Assembly: GCF_035084215.1 (NCBI RefSeq)
Contig: NC_090346.1
Span: 41,540,001-41,604,000, forward strand
DNA length: 64,000 bases
Direction of reading: 5' to 3'
Source of the DNA: Heptranchias perlo
Taxonomy: Eukaryota
The notes below the pieces were generated by a model. That model had not been told where the DNA came from. It ran no database searches and worked only from the letters and a program-made list of their open reading frames with translations. The position numbers were made by a program, and so were the translations under genes. Shown in pieces: positions 1-14,340 of this stretch (position 1 is its first letter; the number at the start of each line of letters is the position of its first letter).

Positions 1-1530
1 TCTTTACATGATCAAAACCTTTCATAACTTCAAACAACTTTATCAGTCTGGAAAACATCTGTTAATCAATGCTCTCTTTTTTTTCTGTCCTTTAACCAAC
101 TTCCTATCCATGCTGCCACATTTCCTTCACTATCCTGTGCCTTGATTTTTAAAAAAAGTCAAGGAGTCTTCCCTACAGCACCTAATAAAACACCTTTTGA
201 AAATGCATATACACCATGTCCACTGAATCTCCTTTATCAAATTACATTATTTCTTCAAAGAGCTCAGATTTGTCACCCATTATTTCCTTTTACAAATCTA
301 TGCTGGTTGGCCTGAATTAGCCCACGTCCTTCTGTGTTAGTTATTAATCTTATTCCATATAATGGCTTCAAGAAGCTTACCACTACCTATGTTAGGCTGA
401 CTAGTCTATAGTTACTGAATTGATCCTTTTCTTACTTTTTGGACAGATATTATATTGGCATCCCTCAAATTCTCCAGCACTACATGTTTGAAAGATTGTG
501 GTCAGATCTTTTGCTATTTGCTCTCTGACTTCCCTTAGCATACTAAAATGTAGGTCATCAGGGCCTGGTGCCTTTTCCACTTTTGAGTTCCATTTTTTTT
601 CCAGTCCTATAGTTATTCTATTCAGTTGCTTCATCTCCTCCTCGTGTACCCTTTTATTCCCACTACCACACTCTGTGAAGACTGAGGCAAAAGTACTCAT
701 TCAGTACCTTTTGCTATTATTTCATCTTCCGTAAGAATTCCTTTATCATCTCCAGTCGGCTCTACCTTTTCTTTAACTTTTCATGTGTTTAGATGATCGT
801 TTACCCTTTTGTTACTACCAGTTTTTAATTCATAGCCTTTTGGCCTTTTTTTTGCTTCTCTATTTTCTGTACTTTGCTTCATTTTCTTTTGTTATTAGTC
901 CTAAATCTATCTCATGTCTCTTTTTAATCTGTATTTCTCTAGTCATCAAGTAACTCAATCATCAAGGCACTCTCTTCAGTTTGGGAATGTGTCTAGTTTG
1001 TACAATGAACATCATTGTTAAGGTTTCCCATTGTTTTATCTGATCAGCCAATTGATTCTATTTTCTCAAGTCATGTACTTTTATCTTTGACCATTCCTGC
1101 TCCTTTCCAATTTTTATAAATCAAACCTAATTATCTATGATCACTGTTACTTAGATGTTCCCCTACTCTTGCATTATATACTTGCCCCATTTCAATTCCT
1201 AGAACTAGATACAGCACTGCCTTGTTAGATTAAAAGCATACTGGTCCAGAAAGTAGTCTTCGAAACATTGCAGAAACCTCTTCCCTACTTAACCACTTAC
1301 ATTAATCTTACCCCAGTTTATCATCGGATAGTTAGTCACCCAATATTTTAGCCCTGTTGTTCCTGCATTTTTCTCTAATTTGCCTACGTAACTCTTGTAT
1401 CCCTTTTCCACTGTTCCAAATAGAGCAACAGTCCTCTTATTCCTTAACTCTAACCAAATAGATTCAACTTTTGTACCATCCCCTTTTTCATTTCTATGTT
1501 CTATCAACTCCAACCTATAACTGTTCATAA
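1..1530 (-). mobile_element. Old, degenerate CR1 LINE fragments (EME2 intron)
   Basis: Reverse-strand remnants KAPGPDDLH..LREVREQIA and VESIWLELRNK typical of CR1 ORF2; many stops and indels. Confidence 0.65.
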
Positions 1531-1622
1531 AGCTGCGGAGAATGTTTACAAGCTGATATAGGAAAGATGATGCTTCTTAAAAAGATTCATTCCACTTGTG
1601 CCTTAACATTATGCATTTAAAG

Positions 1623-1793
1623 GCTTATAGACAGTGTACCACAGAGTGGGAGAAGCAGAATCTTCTATCAGAGGTTAAAGTGAATGCTGGAGGAAAACGT
1701 GTGGATCGACGGATTGGACCAGACATATCACGCAGGTTGTATATTTTCATGACTTCAGAAAATTCTGACATAGTTTTGGACAAAAGTGGTTAA
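1623..1793 (+). CDS. EME2: EME2 (MUS81 partner, ERCC4 family) terminal coding exon; upstream exons lie outside the window or were not recognised
   Basis: After acceptor ...catttaaAG (1621-1622) the frame reads AYRQCTTEWEKQNLLSEVKVNAGGKRVDRRIGPDISRRLYIFMTSENSDIVLDKSG*, matching the EME1/EME2 C-terminal motif RR(I/V)GP(D/E)(L/I)SRR. Position convergent with SPSB3 matches EME2 synteny. Confidence 0.8.
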   Translation, partial: AYRQCTTEWEKQNLLSEVKVNAGGKRVDRRIGPDISRRLYIFMTSENSDIVLDKSG

Positions 1794-2934
1794 ATACATT
1801 AGATGAAAGAACTCACTTCATTTTACCATCTGCCTTTATGAACAGCACAATTTTTTTTTTAAATAACAGATCGGTTGGCCACTTTGGAATATAAAATTTG
1901 TAATATAGCTATGCTACTCAGTTTAAAGTTAGGCATACTATTGGTGGCACATGAAACTTTTGTACCATATGTGTGAACTCTAAACCAGTAGTACTGGTTT
2001 AATTTTATTAAACCAGTACTACTTTTTAACTACCATTTCTTATAATGGATTAAGAAATATTTTCATGCGAGCAGGATGTCAACACAAGCAAGTTTTTAAC
2101 ATCTCCTTTCTGCATATTCAGTATATTAAAAACACAGCATGACTGCACTAATCTGCTCATCACCATGGCTATACACAACACAGCATCATAACACAAACAG
2201 CATATATAACATTTTCTGTAATTAAATTTTGCTCAAAGCACAATATTTTTCTAAATATATATTTCATAGAATTAAAACATGGAAAGAAAGAACTTGCATT
2301 TATATTAGGGCTGTCAATTAATTCAAGTTAACTTCTGCGTTAAAAAAATTAATCGGCATTAAAATTACCATGATAATTGTGTAAGTTACCACACAGAGCC
2401 TGTGATTGAGTCCAGAGCAGGGAAAATGTGAGGCGGAGTGGTGCAACGCAGAGCAGGCAGTAAAGCAGCACAGGTTTGATCTGACCAGGGCAGTGTTGCA
2501 AGCGAAGAAAGGTAACAGTGGGGGGTAATTTTAACTGAACCCGCCGAGCGGGTTAGGTAAAGCGAATTATTAGAAGTCTTGGGGCTGAAACGATCTCAAC
2601 CTATTCTCAAACGTTGTGGTGATGGAGAAGGTGCTCAGAATGTGGGTCACCAGGGGGTAATTTTAACCTAACCCACCTTAAAATTACCCCCTGGTCACCC
2701 ATCGCTGGGCTCAGCGTCTATGCCACAGGAGCCATTATCTACAAAGTAGCCACCAGGAAACCGAGGCCTTGCTCGCTCAGATGAACCCGTGGGAATGGGA
2801 ACTAGGTTGAAGATGAGGTAGAGCCATGGGCTTCATTCCCTTCCATTTTTCTTCTCTTTCCCCCCCTCCCTCCTTTAATTAATCTGCTCTGTTAAAAACC
2901 TTTTCGTTTCAAAATTCCTTGTTAATAAAACTAA

Positions 2935-3740
2935 TAGAGTAGTGATAATAAGGGACTTCAATTATCTCAATATAGACTGAGGGAAAGAAAGTGTAAAGGG
3001 AAAGGAGGGGGAGAAATTCCTGAAATATGTACAGGAGAACATTTTTGATCAGTATGTTTCCAACCATGAGGAAGGAAGCAGGGCTGGATCTAGTTCTGGG
3101 GAATGAAGTGGGGCAAGTGGAGCATGTTTCAGTGGGAGAGCATTTAGAAAATAATGATCACATTATTATGTTCAGAGTAGTCATTATAAAGGACAAGGAA
3201 CAATCAGAGGGGAAGATACTTAACTGAAGAGGGCTAATTTCAGTGAGCTGAAAAGGGGTCTGGCCCAGGTATGACTTTGATATGGACCATTTCAGTGCTG
3301 TGACGGACGGAAACCTGATTGGAGAGGTTCAAACATGGAGTTGCAGGAAAGATGGGCACGGATTTGGGAGGCGACAACACATTCTAGCACTTGAGAATAA
3401 AAGGAGGTTGGAAACGGGATGGTAGTTTCTACGGTCAGAGGGATCAAGGGTGGAGATTTGATGACAGCAGATTTGGAAGGAAGGGGGAAAGTACTCGAGG
3501 AGAGGGAACCATTTATAATTATCAGCTAGCATGCAGGGCCAGGAAGGGAAGTTGGGTGGTCAGCAGTTTAGTGGGAATAGGGTCGAGAGAGCAGGAAGTG
3601 GGTCTCATGGACAAGATGAGCTCAGAGAGAACATGAGGGGAGATAGGAGAGAAACTAGAGGAAGGAGAGTGTTCAGGGCTAGGTGGGAGGCAGCTGAATG
3701 GATGGTCCCAATTTTAGTCTTGAGTCATCCTTGCTCGAGA
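2935..3740. mobile_element. CR1 endonuclease fragment (+, ~2935-3270) followed by a probable L2-like fragment (-)
   Basis: GDFNY, LDLVLGNE, GEHL..NDH motifs; the purine-rich segment that follows resembles an antisense L2 ORF. Confidence 0.55.
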
Positions 3741-6700
3741 AGGCAGGCAAGAGGGGGGAAATTACATATTGATAATATTGAACAAGTAAATATTTCTTGA
3801 TAGGCAGTTAAATTACTCATTCATTAAAAAAGCTATTCTACCTCACCCCCAACTGCTCATCAATATTAGCTATATGCAGCATATATAAAAAACACTTTTT
3901 TTGGGCGTAACAAGTTATTTTGCAGCTTGATTTGTGCTCCCTTTATTTTTAATATCCATCTGGGTGATATCATAACTAGCACTGATTGAACACTCTACCC
4001 TCCACTTGCTGGAAACCGACTCCACTAAGAAGCTTCAGTTGATTTAACCGTTTCTTCTTTCTATTAGTTCTGATACAGACTCAGATTTGAGAGTGTTTTT
4101 ATTATTTGGAATTCTCCAGCAATTCCATACATCTGTTTGATCACTTCTACTCCCTCCCCTGGAGGTAATCCATTGTTCATTAAAGGAAAGCCAAATATAA
4201 CCAAATTCTTCACTGCTGCAGATGCAGACTTAAAACTTACAATTTACACCAGGATTCAATACAATCTTCCATATAACATCCTACTGTTTTGGGCAAAAAG
4301 CTCCCAAGCTTTTGCCACTGGGAATGCAGATTAATTAATCTTGTAATTTGGGAGCCTCCCCTGAATTGGCTAAGATTCTGTTCAGATATGTGGAGAACTA
4401 CAAATACAAACTCACATCCTGCTGTTCCATAAAAGTAGTATGTCAAAGCACCTCTCCATTAGCTTGCGGTTACCAACAGATAAAATCCCAAGAATTATTT
4501 CTTGCAAAATATGACACCTCAGCTTTACAACTAATAGTGCTAAATAGGAAGGAAACTATTGGGTGGCATTGTCCTCAATGAGTTTGTTGTAAGTGATCAA
4601 ACCCAATATGAATTTGCTGTGTTGTCATCCTGCACATTGCCATAAAGGGGGGGGGGTGGGAAGAAAAACTAACAAGCTTCTATGCATTTCATTCGGCTCG
4701 GTGACATCCTCATCAGATAGCAAAAGGCCGCCAAAGATTTACTACTACTTGTAGAAAAGATTGCAGCGAACACTAACTCCTTTATGTATTAGCACCATAA
4801 AGCAAATTGGCACTTGAACCCTTGAGACAGTAATAGGCAGTGATACAAATCAAGGGCAGTTCTTTTCTCCTCCTCCTCCCCCCTACGTCAGAAAGATTGA
4901 GCACTTAAATCCTTCATGAAAACTACTTTCAACTAAACATTTTTGTGGGAAATCTTGAAGTATAACAAATTGGACAAATCCAATTTAAGAACATATATGT
5001 GCAGTTTTAGTTAGAATTCTAATCTTGAAGACTAACTGGTCAGACTGAATGAATGAGTACTTAAGTTGATATAAGGTAAAGTGTTTTAAGTTTGCACATT
5101 AAGTTTTAAGAGTTAGAAGATTGTAAAGTTAGTATGTAAGAGGCAAGCACAAGAGAGATATGGAAACAGTTGAAGTGGCTGGCCAGCCACAATAAGCTAC
5201 ATCAAATTAATCCCAGTTTAAACATTGGTTGGGAACTATATAGTTTTTTTACTCAAAATAATTTAGTCAATTGCTGGGCTTTGCCTTTAATTCTTAGCAA
5301 AAACACTATGTTGCATTTAAAAAAAAATATGGTACAACCATTATGAAAAGCAGCTTAATTAGCACGTGCATGAATTCAAATACCACAACCTTATAATCCC
5401 TCTTGGCCAGTAATGTCTCTTGACATGCAGCAGTAACAGAAAAATAACTTGGAGAAATGTAACCACTCTGATAAGGCCACCACCCAGCAATAAAATCACA
5501 GTTAAACTGGTAAATGTAAGCTTGTCACAAGCTTGCTCCAAACTTTTAAGCTACCGTGTGCAGCTGCAGGATTATCACCCATACAAAGTCGACTATTTTA
5601 TGGAGTTACTGGAGTAGGGGCAACAAGAAATTCATAACATGGACGAAATGATACTCTTGTAAAATATGAAAGAAGAGGCTGGACAGTTTAAATTAGCTGC
5701 TGTGTCCTCTATTGCTGCTAGATTTACAAACTAAGCAGTTCAAATTAACCGAAAATACAGGTAAAACAAAAAACTGAAATATATGAGAAGACAAGGAAGC
5801 AAAAGGTTAAAAAGCAATTGAACTGAATCAAACAGAAGCAGGACGTGATTAGATAAATCTGAAGGTAGAAAAAAAATAGTAAAATACCAGAAGGCAAAAA
5901 TGACTTTTTTCCTCAACCTGGCAAAGAGAGCTGAAGGGTAAAGAGGAGGGAAAATGGAACAGACTGTTTTCAAAGCTAAAGCAGAGTCTGAAAATAAAAT
6001 AAAGGAGCTGCAAGCAAACAAGTTAGTTAATAAGAAACATTGGAGAAAACACTGATTAAAATAAATTTTAAAAAGTGTGCAAAATATATAGTGTAAAGCA
6101 ATCGACAAATGTGAGAAGTGAAGGATAAAATATCAGTCAAACCTGTGTGAGGAGAAAGTTTGAAGCCAAATCGCCAAGTAGCTGAAAAAAAAGGTGTTTA
6201 AATTTGCTGAGCGTCTAGCAGAGTAGAATGAAATATGGAAACTTCAACTCAGAGGGAGAAGTGACAAATTACTGCTACCACGAGAGCCAGTTAATGTTAA
6301 CCTCTTTCATTCCAAGAAGCCAGACTGTCATGCCACCGTATCAGCCAAGAGCAGTTCAAACATATAGGAATGACCCAGTCAGTTGAGAACAGTCTGAGGC
6401 TTGCCCAGAACACAGGTGAACATGAGGTAACAGTTGGTATAGGTTATGCTATTAAAATTGACCCAATTACTCGGGAATGCCAAAGGCTACAACTTGACTG
6501 AGATATAAGTTTCCACACAGACAATACTACAGTGAAAAATTGACAAGAAAGGTGAATGTAAAACAAATCATATGAAGATACTAATATAAAAGCTGTGAAT
6601 AATGCAGAATGATCTTACAAAAATTGATGCGTTTTATTCAGGAAAGTTATGATGAAACCAGCCAGAAGAACTGCATATTAAATGCAGTTCTAGCTATGAT

Positions 6701-9700
6701 TTACAAAACTTGCAACTCCAAGGAAGAAATTATTGATGACAAAAACACAAGTGAGAAAGCCTTTAATAAAAAAAAGCTTGAGTGGAGAACCCAGTTCCAT
6801 GTGATTTCATTTAAAACATGGAACTAGAGAAAAATTAGACTGAAAAGGGAAAGAGTCAGCAATTCAATGAAGCACAATAAATGCCACTGGTGGAGACTGC
6901 CTGTGACAGGAAAACCGTTGTATACACAGTTACCTACTATAGCAACAGATCAGTCCTAGTGAAAATCAAAGTACAGATATGCTTCCTGTATAAAATATGT
7001 TAGAAGTGGAGATTCCACCTTTAAAGGTTATTCCAAGAAGGCAGATAGCAGTGTGAACCATTTAATTAAGAGATCAGTGGCCATTTATTTATTAGGTTCC
7101 ACAGAATGTAGTGTGTGAAAGATTCAAAGAAAATTCTGTGGGAACTACTGATTCCATAGCAGTGTATTTTTTTTTTAAAAAGGTCAGTTTACTTATTAGG
7201 AGGGTTAAATATTCAGGTACAGATTTCCTGACTTTCTCCAGCCTGCAAATCCTTTGGAATTACTTTTTGTCCTTGATACAACAATTAACTCTGATCTAAA
7301 CTGGAAATTAAATGTACATAAATTGTCTAAAAAGATAAATAATCTTAATTGTTTACCATACCAATAGAGGAAATGGTACTTATAAAACATATATTCATAA
7401 AATTTGCTAAAATCATTGTTGTAGGTCATGTGATTAGTGTTATTAATACATCTTAATTCATTGACATGATACTGTATTCACAATGTCGTATGATCCTATT
7501 ACCATATGTACCAGTTATTTGATTTAACAATTAATAGCCTTTAGCACTGTATTTGTCTGCATAACAATTATGTATGTGTTATGACTAACTACAATCTAAT
7601 TTAGAATAGTCATGCTGTAATGTACCCTGGCTATGACTATTATTTTGCAACACAGAAACAATAGGTATCTGTCCACCGCAAAAAGGGATTTGTAGGAAAG
7701 TTATAGCAAATCTTATACTCAAAGTATTTCAGATGATGTTAGTACCAGGAGAAGTTAGTAGATGAAGTTTGAGATAGTGATAATGAAGTAATACAAAATC
7801 GAAGGGGAAAATAATTTTCCTTCCAGTCTCATGGTCAAACAATCTACAGCACTTAAATTGAGACAATAAACAGTAACTTGCAACTTTCTACCTTTTAATT
7901 GAAGATGGGGAGAATGTTGTGGACATAAGCTTGAATTTAAGGACATGCTTGTGTACTTTTAATTGGTATTCTAACTCTGATGAAGGAAGACTTCAGATTG
8001 AATTGAGACTCAGTTGTGAAAGTATTTAAAGTTACACATTAGGCTGCAAGCTAGAGTAAAAATTTAGGCTAAGCACAAGTAAAAGATGCTAAAGCAAATG
8101 AGGAGGAATTGAGTGACACACACTTGAATAAGATACTGCAAGCAAACCAGAGAAGGGATGGAAACTTACTACAAACATACTCGAGGAGCCTGAATCACAA
8201 TAATCTGCTACGGTGTCACAATCAGAATGTCTTTATATGGTTTTCTACACCAATATAAAATCTTTCTGGAAGCATATGATAGTTACCTTGCTGTATTGAC
8301 TACGAAGCTTGTACAGTTTCACTGTAATCCTGAAAAATGAGATGTTGTTGTTGATGAATAAGTTGACAATTGTATTAGCTTTGTATTAATGGATGTGGTC
8401 AAATAAAATGGTCATCAATAGTATGTAAAGTGTTGCATCAATTCTTTAAGTCTTATAAGGAAGTCAAGAATAATAGTAACAAGTTTGCAGTGCCACATGA
8501 TACTACTGCTGGCTCATCATTACATAGAGAGGTCTTCAGAGTTACTATAGGAATCATAGGTTTAACTCTAGAAATAAAACTAAATACTACAGAATTTCTC
8601 CACTTGCAAATTATTAACTTGTGAAATTTATTAATTCAATTAAAAATGAATTAGTGCTCAGACTTAGACAGAAATGCTGTTGGGTAACCACCTGCCATTT
8701 TATTTTTTCTGAATGGGGATATCTATGCAAGAGTTGTGGTAAAGTATTGTTTTAAAATTTCTTAAAAGTTCACATGGATCATTATAACAAAATGTTCTTA
8801 TTAAATCATTGAAGATGGAGAGGGATTGTAAAATTGAGTGCAGAAGAGGGAATTTCACTCAGCAACAAATGTTCAGAAAAAAATGTTTTTTTAAAAAAAA
8901 GTCATAAGCCTCTTCTCCTGTGTGGTATAAGAGTTAAATTTTGCCACTTAAAAAAAAAAAATCAAATTCCTACCAGTACACAATAAAAAATAGCTGCTTC
9001 TAGTCTCTAATGGTTATCTACAAGGAGGTTTAGGAATCAAATACCCCAGCTGTTTAAGGGGGTGGATAGTGATACAAGTCTGACCTCTTCCAGGAATCAT
9101 AAAAAAATGGTAGTCCTAGCAAACATAAATCAAAATAACTTACTCTAATAAAACTGTGGTGCAATGATAATTACAACAGACATTAAACCACAAATCAGCA
9201 AACTACTAAGTTTCCCAGCTGCCTTTTATACATCTGAATACATTTTATTCATTCAAAATTTTCTGTGTTGCCATTTTATAGAGTTGCAAGACACCCTCCG
9301 ATAGAACCTTTCTGAATTTATTCAGCGATGTAATTTTTTTAAAATTAAAAGCATCTAGTTCAAAGTATTTTCATTCAATGGAATTTATCAAAAATGTGGA
9401 TAATTGATATATTTTGGAAGTTATAAAGACTATTCAGTGTTCAAGAGTTAAACAGGACAAGGATATCTTTTTTGTTCAGCTATTGGGTTTCCATATAAAA
9501 GAGTTCAGATTAGGCACAACTACTTACATGAATTCACAAAATATTTTGGGCACCGACCTAAAAAGCATCAAAAACATACACATTGATCTCCAAAAAAAGC
9601 AATCACAGTGAAAAATTAAAAAGATGAGGAAAGCTCTCCTTAATTTCTATAAAGGTCATCCAATAGGAGAAAGTGCTGTAACTGGTCTTCAGTACAAATA

Positions 9701-12271
9701 ATCTGCCCCTGTCAAATATGCATAACAACTTGCTGTTATATTAGATCATTACTGCATGATGGTATGGATCATCATCTTAGATAACCTGTCTTCTATAGAA
9801 GATGATCATGAGGCCACTGATTGGAATGATTCCAGTTACATGTACCCATGAGACTTTAATCTCAGCCATATGGAGGGCTTTTTTAATAAAATCAAATCAT
9901 AAATCATTTACACTTATAATGAAGTGGCATACTTAAAACTTAGATAAGTATAGTCTGTCAAAATTGGTTGATGTTGGTAATAAGGATTATACTGGGACCT
10001 TTTATTTATTATATGGATGATTCAATTTCAGTCTGAAAAATTCCCCAATTAAAGCATAGAATGATGCTTTGATCCAACAAAAAAATGGAAATCCACACAT
10101 ACAAGTGCAATTGAAAGCTTTCAAATATTTCTAGCAGTGACCATTATACACACTATTTTGCAGCTGCCTTCCTGCCTCCAATCAAACCTCTGTTGGTATA
10201 AAATGGCAACTCTCATATCTACAATGCAATACTTATGGTTATTTTGGCATTTCATTTCATACAGCTATCTCAACCACTCTTGCTTAATTTCTTCCAGCTA
10301 ACTTTTTTCTCTTGGCTTTGACTTTACTGAGTTTGTTCCAAGATTAGCCAATTTCTTGTTTGGTTATCTTTTTCCTCCCTATAACATTGGACTGAATACA
10401 TCTTTCTAAGGGGCACTCAGTTGAGTACTTACCAGCCGCTTTTGGATTTTTTTTTCCTCCTGTATTTACTATCCTTGTAGCGTGCAATATTTACCAATGA
10501 TCAAATACCATATATTTGTTATATTGTCTTGCTGTCCATTTTGAAAACCTTCAAATAAGAATTGGAAAAACATGACTCCAAGGGAACAGAAGGTACAGCA
10601 CGGCTACATTACAACAGCGTTCGAAAATTGGACCAAGTAAAAGAAAAGTTTAAACTTTACAACACTGATTTGGAACCAGAATGGAAATAACCAGAAATGC
10701 AAATTACACTCAAAAATTCCACAGTTTAAAGTGTTGAAGAATGTTACACATCAATTCTGGAAGTACACACGTACATGCAAGTGCAACTCAAAAGCTTTCA
10801 AAAATTACTAGCGGTTTCTATTATACACTCTTTTTACAGCTGCCTTCCCACCTCCACACAAACCATCTTCTGCCAGGAAGGCAGAATGGGCTGCCATCAA
10901 TTAGGAGGCAACGTTACTAGTTTGCACTCCTGGCACAGAACTTCACACACAAAGTGAATACAGGATTGGCATTCTGCCCAATTTTTAAATTCTAATGGGC
11001 AAAAAAAATCAGGCAATCTGCAAAACAGGTGTCCTAACTTCCATGCTAGATATGGCAACATTATCCCTGTATCACAGCACAATGACAAATGACCCACTGA
11101 AGCCAACTATGCACTGAAGCTGGGATTTGAACCAAAGCAAAATACATTAGAATGAGACTAGCCAGCCCAGTAGGGAGCTGCAAGTCATCAATAACAACCT
11201 GCATCTTTATAGTGAGTTTAACATACAAAAAAAATCCCAAAGCACTTCACAGAGGCTAGAGGGGAAGGGTGGGAGGCCATAGGAACAAGTAACTTTATAT
11301 CCTGTTTTTTAAAATGTCTCTTCAAAAGAACTTTTATTGCCTAATGTAAATTATAGTTGCCAAATAGTTGCTGTGTAACTTACAACATTCAATTTTTAAA
11401 AAACTTGTGAAACTAGTTATGGGAGGGGGAGTTAAGTTAGGATATACTAACTCAAAGATTTTGAACTATTCAATCGGAACAGAATGGGATGCAGATTGTA
11501 AAACACAAAATGCTAATAATTACATAAAATGGTTAAGCCTCACTCTTGCAGTTATAAAACTGTTCCCAAATTGTTGACACGTGTACCATAAATCTGTGAA
11601 ACTGGGGAAATCTAAGGCTAGACTTTTACTATTACATCAGCAGTACAATCTGGGATCCTCCTGGTGTTCTTTGATGGAGCTCATCAAGTTCGATGTAGCT
11701 GCCATTATTTGCAGTGTACTGGACAATGATTCACTGGCCTGAGCAAAGACAAATACTCCAAACTACCAGGGTAGCTTATGACCATTATCAAAAATTTCAC
11801 AAACAGCTGATGGCCATGTCAGACATAGATTTGGCAGAATGAAATAGCTAGAAGCACCGCAACTCTGTCATATTTCCTGTATTAGGAAAGGGACTTTAAG
11901 TGTTGTCAACGTTAAACCTCAAATGAAACCCATCAATATATTTCTTCATTCAGATCTTGTAATTGATTGCAGCTTAGAGAGGAATATTGTTCTTCATTAT
12001 AGCCACTGGCAGCCAGCTCCAGCTCACACTGTACATTTGGGCACCACACAGCAATTAAGGTTAAACCCCAATTTGAGTTGGAGATTTATTTTCTTTTTTC
12101 CCTAAAAAGTCATGCAACATTAAAATTGACATTGGTATTGATTTTAATTATTAATTACACTTTTACCAAAAACAAGTTTACAAAAGGTCCCCCCCCCCCC
12201 CCCCCCAACTAACCCATCTCTTCTCTACTCTCCTGAAGGAAATCCCAACTGGGATATGGCTCCACAGGGAA

Positions 12272-14340
12272 TACGTGCCTTCCTGTACTACAGCACAGCC
12301 ATTCGGTCCAACAGGTCCATGCTGGTGTTTGTGCTCCACACGAGCTCCTCCCTCCCTACTACGTATAACCCTATCAGCATATCCTTTCTCCCTTGTTTAT
12401 CTAGCTTCCCCATAAATGCACCTACGCTAGTCGCCTCAATGACACCTCGTGGTAGTGAGTTCCGCATTCTAACCACTTTCTGGGTAAAGAAGTTTCTCCC
12501 AAATTTCCTATTGGATTTATTAGTGACCATCTTATATTTATGGCCTTCTCCGCAAGTGGAAACATCTTCTCTATGTCTACCCTATCAAACCATTTCGTAT
12601 TCTTAAAGACCTCTATTAGGTTACCCCTCAGTCTTCTCTTTTCTAGAGAAAAGAGCCTCAGTCTGCTCAATCTTTCCTGATATGTGTAACCTCTCAGTTC
12701 TGGTACCGTCCTAATAAATCTTTTTCGCACCTTCTCCAGTGCCTCTATATCCTTTTCATAATAGAGACCAGAACTGTGCACAGTACTCCAAGTGTGGTCT
12801 AACCAAAGTTCTATACAAGTTTAACATAACTTCTCTGCTTTTCAATTCTATCCCTCCAGAAACAAACCCCAGTGCTTAGTTTGCTTTTGTTATGGCCTTA
12901 TTAACCTGCGTCGCTACTTTTAGCGATGTGTATCTGTACCCACAGATCCCTCTGCTCCTCTACCCCATTTAGACTCTTATTATCCAAGCAGTATGTGGCC
13001 TCCTTATTCTTCCAACCAAAATACCTCACAGTTAACTATATTGAAATTCATTTGTCAATTACACACCCATTTTGCAAGTTTATTAATGTCCTCCACTAAT
13101 TTGTCGTAATCCTCCTCGGTATTAACGATACCCCCAATTTGGTAGGGTATGCAAATTTTGAAATTGCACTTTAGATTCCAGAGTTCAAATCGTTTATGTC
13201 CCAGCACCAATCCTTGTGAAACACTACTTCCCACCTATTGCCAGTCTGAGTAACTACCTTTAATCCTATTCTGTTTTGTAGCCAGTTTGCTACTTGTCCC
13301 TGGCTCCACATGCTCTGACCTTAGTTGTGTCACCTTATCGAAGGCCTTTTGAAAATCCAAATATATTACATCTATTTCATTACCCTTGCCTACCTCTTCT
13401 GTTACTTCTTCAAAGAATTCAATAAGGTTGGTCACGCATGACCTTCCATTTTGAAATCCGTACTGACTTCTTTATTATATTTTCAGTTTCTAGATGTGTT
13501 TCTATTACATCTTTGAGTAAGGATTCCATTATCTTTCCTACCACTGACATTAAGCTAATTGGTCAATAGTTCCCTGGACTGGTTCTAGCTCCCTTTTTAA
13601 ATATAGGAATCACATTAGCTGTCTGCCAGTCCTCTGGCACAATTCCCTTTTCTAATGAATTTTTATATATATATGTGTAATAGTGCCTCTACTATCTCTT
13701 CCCTAACTTATTTTAATATGCCCGGATACAATCCATCCGGACCAGGGTTTTATCCTCTCCAAGTTAGATTCATTTATCAATTATCTCCCCCCCTTTCTAT
13801 CTTAAATGTCTTTACATCTTTTTTGATCTCTTCTTCAAATGTCATGCTCACCATGTTAGTCTCCCTGGTAAATACTGTGGCAAAGTAATTATTTAATATT
13901 TCTGCCATTTCGCTGTCATTACTTGTGAGTTTATCATATGTATCCCTATCCTGATTTTTCTTCTTGTTATTTATGTGTTTGTAGAATACTTCACTATTTC
14001 TTTTTATAGTCCTTGATAATTTAATTTTGTAGTTTCTCTTTGCCTTCCTAATTGTTTTTTTTAAACTTCTTTCCTAACCTTTTAGTATTCCGCTTTGTCA
14101 TCGGCTTCTTTGTTGTCTTTGTACTTAGTGTATTCCTTTCTCTTCAGTTTCAATTTTGCCCTTATTTCTTTATTCATCCATGGTATATCATTACTGGCTA
14201 GTTTGTTGGTGCTTTTTAGTGGGATATATTTCTCCTGGACTCTATTGATCACCATTTTAAATGCTTCCCATTGCTGTTCTTTTTCTTTGTTGATCAGTAA
14301 ATTTTTTCAGTTTATTTTCCCTAGTTCCATTAGGATTCCC
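12272..14340 (-). mobile_element. CR1 LINE 3' portion (RT to tail)
   Basis: TNLIEFFEEVT..DVIYLDFQKAFDKV, LEKVRKRF..RLRGNLIEVFK, RNFFTQKVVRMRNSLP. Confidence 0.85.

Noticed and set aside
5740-6108. 122-aa hydrophobic ORF as a membrane protein
   Set aside because: It is the reverse complement of an A-rich tract, giving Phe/Leu-rich translation; no motif or splice support.
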